Virus record (IMG/VR): IMGVR_UViG_3300025635_000149
Coordinates: 1-24,174 of that record
Strand: one strand, 5' to 3'
DNA: 24,174 bases
Origin: a virus
Taxonomy: Duplodnaviria > Caudoviricetes
Shown here: positions 23,517 through 24,174 of the stretch, piece after piece
Numbering within the stretch: position 1 is the first letter of the stretch
Layout of the letters: every line of letters begins with the position of its first letter
Notes under the pieces: generated by a model
Seen by the model: only the letters and a program-made list of their open reading frames with translations
What the model was told of the DNA's origin: nothing
Database searches by the model: none
Program-made: the position numbers and the translations under genes

Positions 23517-24174
23517 TCATCTTCCTCAAGGTCAACTGCTTCCACATCTTCAAAATCATCAATATCCCATGAATGTGAAAAATCTTCATCTTGGAATAGA
23601 TCTGTTAACCCGCTGATTTGGCATAAACGCAAAACTTCATCCGGCTCCATCCCAAGGCTTTTTGAAATGCGCTCGTCTGACCAGTTTCGCTTTTTCAATT
23701 CGATAACGATGTCGGACATCGCTTCGACTCTATGCTTGCCCCTTGCGCGGTTGTGGCGGATAGTGGCAGCCATTCTATCAGTTCGATCTGATTGGCTGCG
23801 GCGGATGGAAACAACAGGAAGATGGCCCTTTACTCGTTCGCAAATGTCCTTCTTTTCCTTCCCCACTCTATGACGATGAAAGCCATCGACAACCTCAAAG
23901 CCGCCTTCATCGTCAGGCATTGAAACAATCGGTTGAGTGTATCCATCAGCCTCAATCGAAACCCGTAGAAGTTCCATTTCCGGAGGAGCTACAGAGTTTG
24001 GGTTATAATCGTTTGCGTAGACTGCATTGTTTTTCACCCACTTTACGAAATCGACAGGCTCATCCCTAAAGGGGGAAAATTTGTGTATTTCCTCTCTTAG
24101 CCTGTTTATTTCCTCCACCAATTCATCACCGTCAAATTTACCTAGATGATCCCCAATAGCGCGGCACACAACCA
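23513..24174 (-). CDS. ibrB: ParB/Srx-like N-terminal domain protein (IbrB/YbdM-like); start probably just outside the window
   Basis: EPVDFVKWV, ANDYNPNSVAPPEM.LL..SI..DGYTQPIV, VVDGFHR, ATIRHNRARGKH and a C-terminal HTH (WSDERISKSLGMEPDEVLRL). The frame is open to the window edge. Confidence 0.88.
   Translation of the reverse strand, partial: VVCRAIGDHLGKFDGDELVEEINRLREEIHKFSPFRDEPVDFVKWVKNNAVYANDYNPNSVAPPEMELLRVSIEADGYTQPIVSMPDDEGGFEVVDGFHRHRVGKEKKDICERVKGHLPVVSIRRSQSDRTDRMAATIRHNRARGKHRVEAMSDIVIELKKRNWSDERISKSLGMEPDEVLRLCQISGLTDLFQDEDFSHSWDIDDFEDVEAVDLEEDE

Larger units (their letters stand above)
1..24174 (-). mobile_element. Segment of a P22-like (short-tailed) dsDNA phage or prophage; both ends lie outside the window
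   Basis: Continuous minus-strand gene run with many ATGA/TGATG overlaps, in the order replication, terS, terL, portal, scaffold, MCP, gp4-like, gp10-like, ejection proteins. No tail tube, sheath or tape measure gene is seen. No integrase or att site is present, so free phage and prophage cannot be distinguished. Confidence 0.95.

Overview
The whole window is one co-oriented (minus-strand) segment of a tailed phage or prophage with P22-like podovirus architecture. An alphaproteobacterial host is an inference from high GC and protein motifs. Read in transcription order (right to left) it contains: (1) a lower-GC, translationally coupled cassette of ParB/IbrB-like, 142-aa unknown and PAPS-reductase/IbrA-like genes, ending in a 35-codon remnant of a DNA methyltransferase C-terminus; (2) small hypothetical genes and a replication initiator with internal iteron-like repeats; (3) a putative late regulator followed by a sigma70-type promoter and a structured leader; (4) terS, terL, portal, scaffold, major capsid and decoration genes, then a terminator; (5) a fibre module, a gp4-like adaptor fused to a fibre-adaptor domain, a gp10-like hub, a needle-position protein and a GNAT-like protein; (6) four ejection-type proteins plus a mini M15 peptidase ORF; (7) a putative spike base and spike fibre running off the left edge. 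The strongest novelty candidates are the IbrAB-like cassette apparently replacing a methyltransferase, a candidate +1 frameshift (hairpin then GGG-TTT-TGA) that would fuse an M15 peptidase to an ejection protein, and tandem pseudoknot-like RNA motifs upstream of the scaffold gene. All family assignments come from motif recognition by eye; no searches were run.
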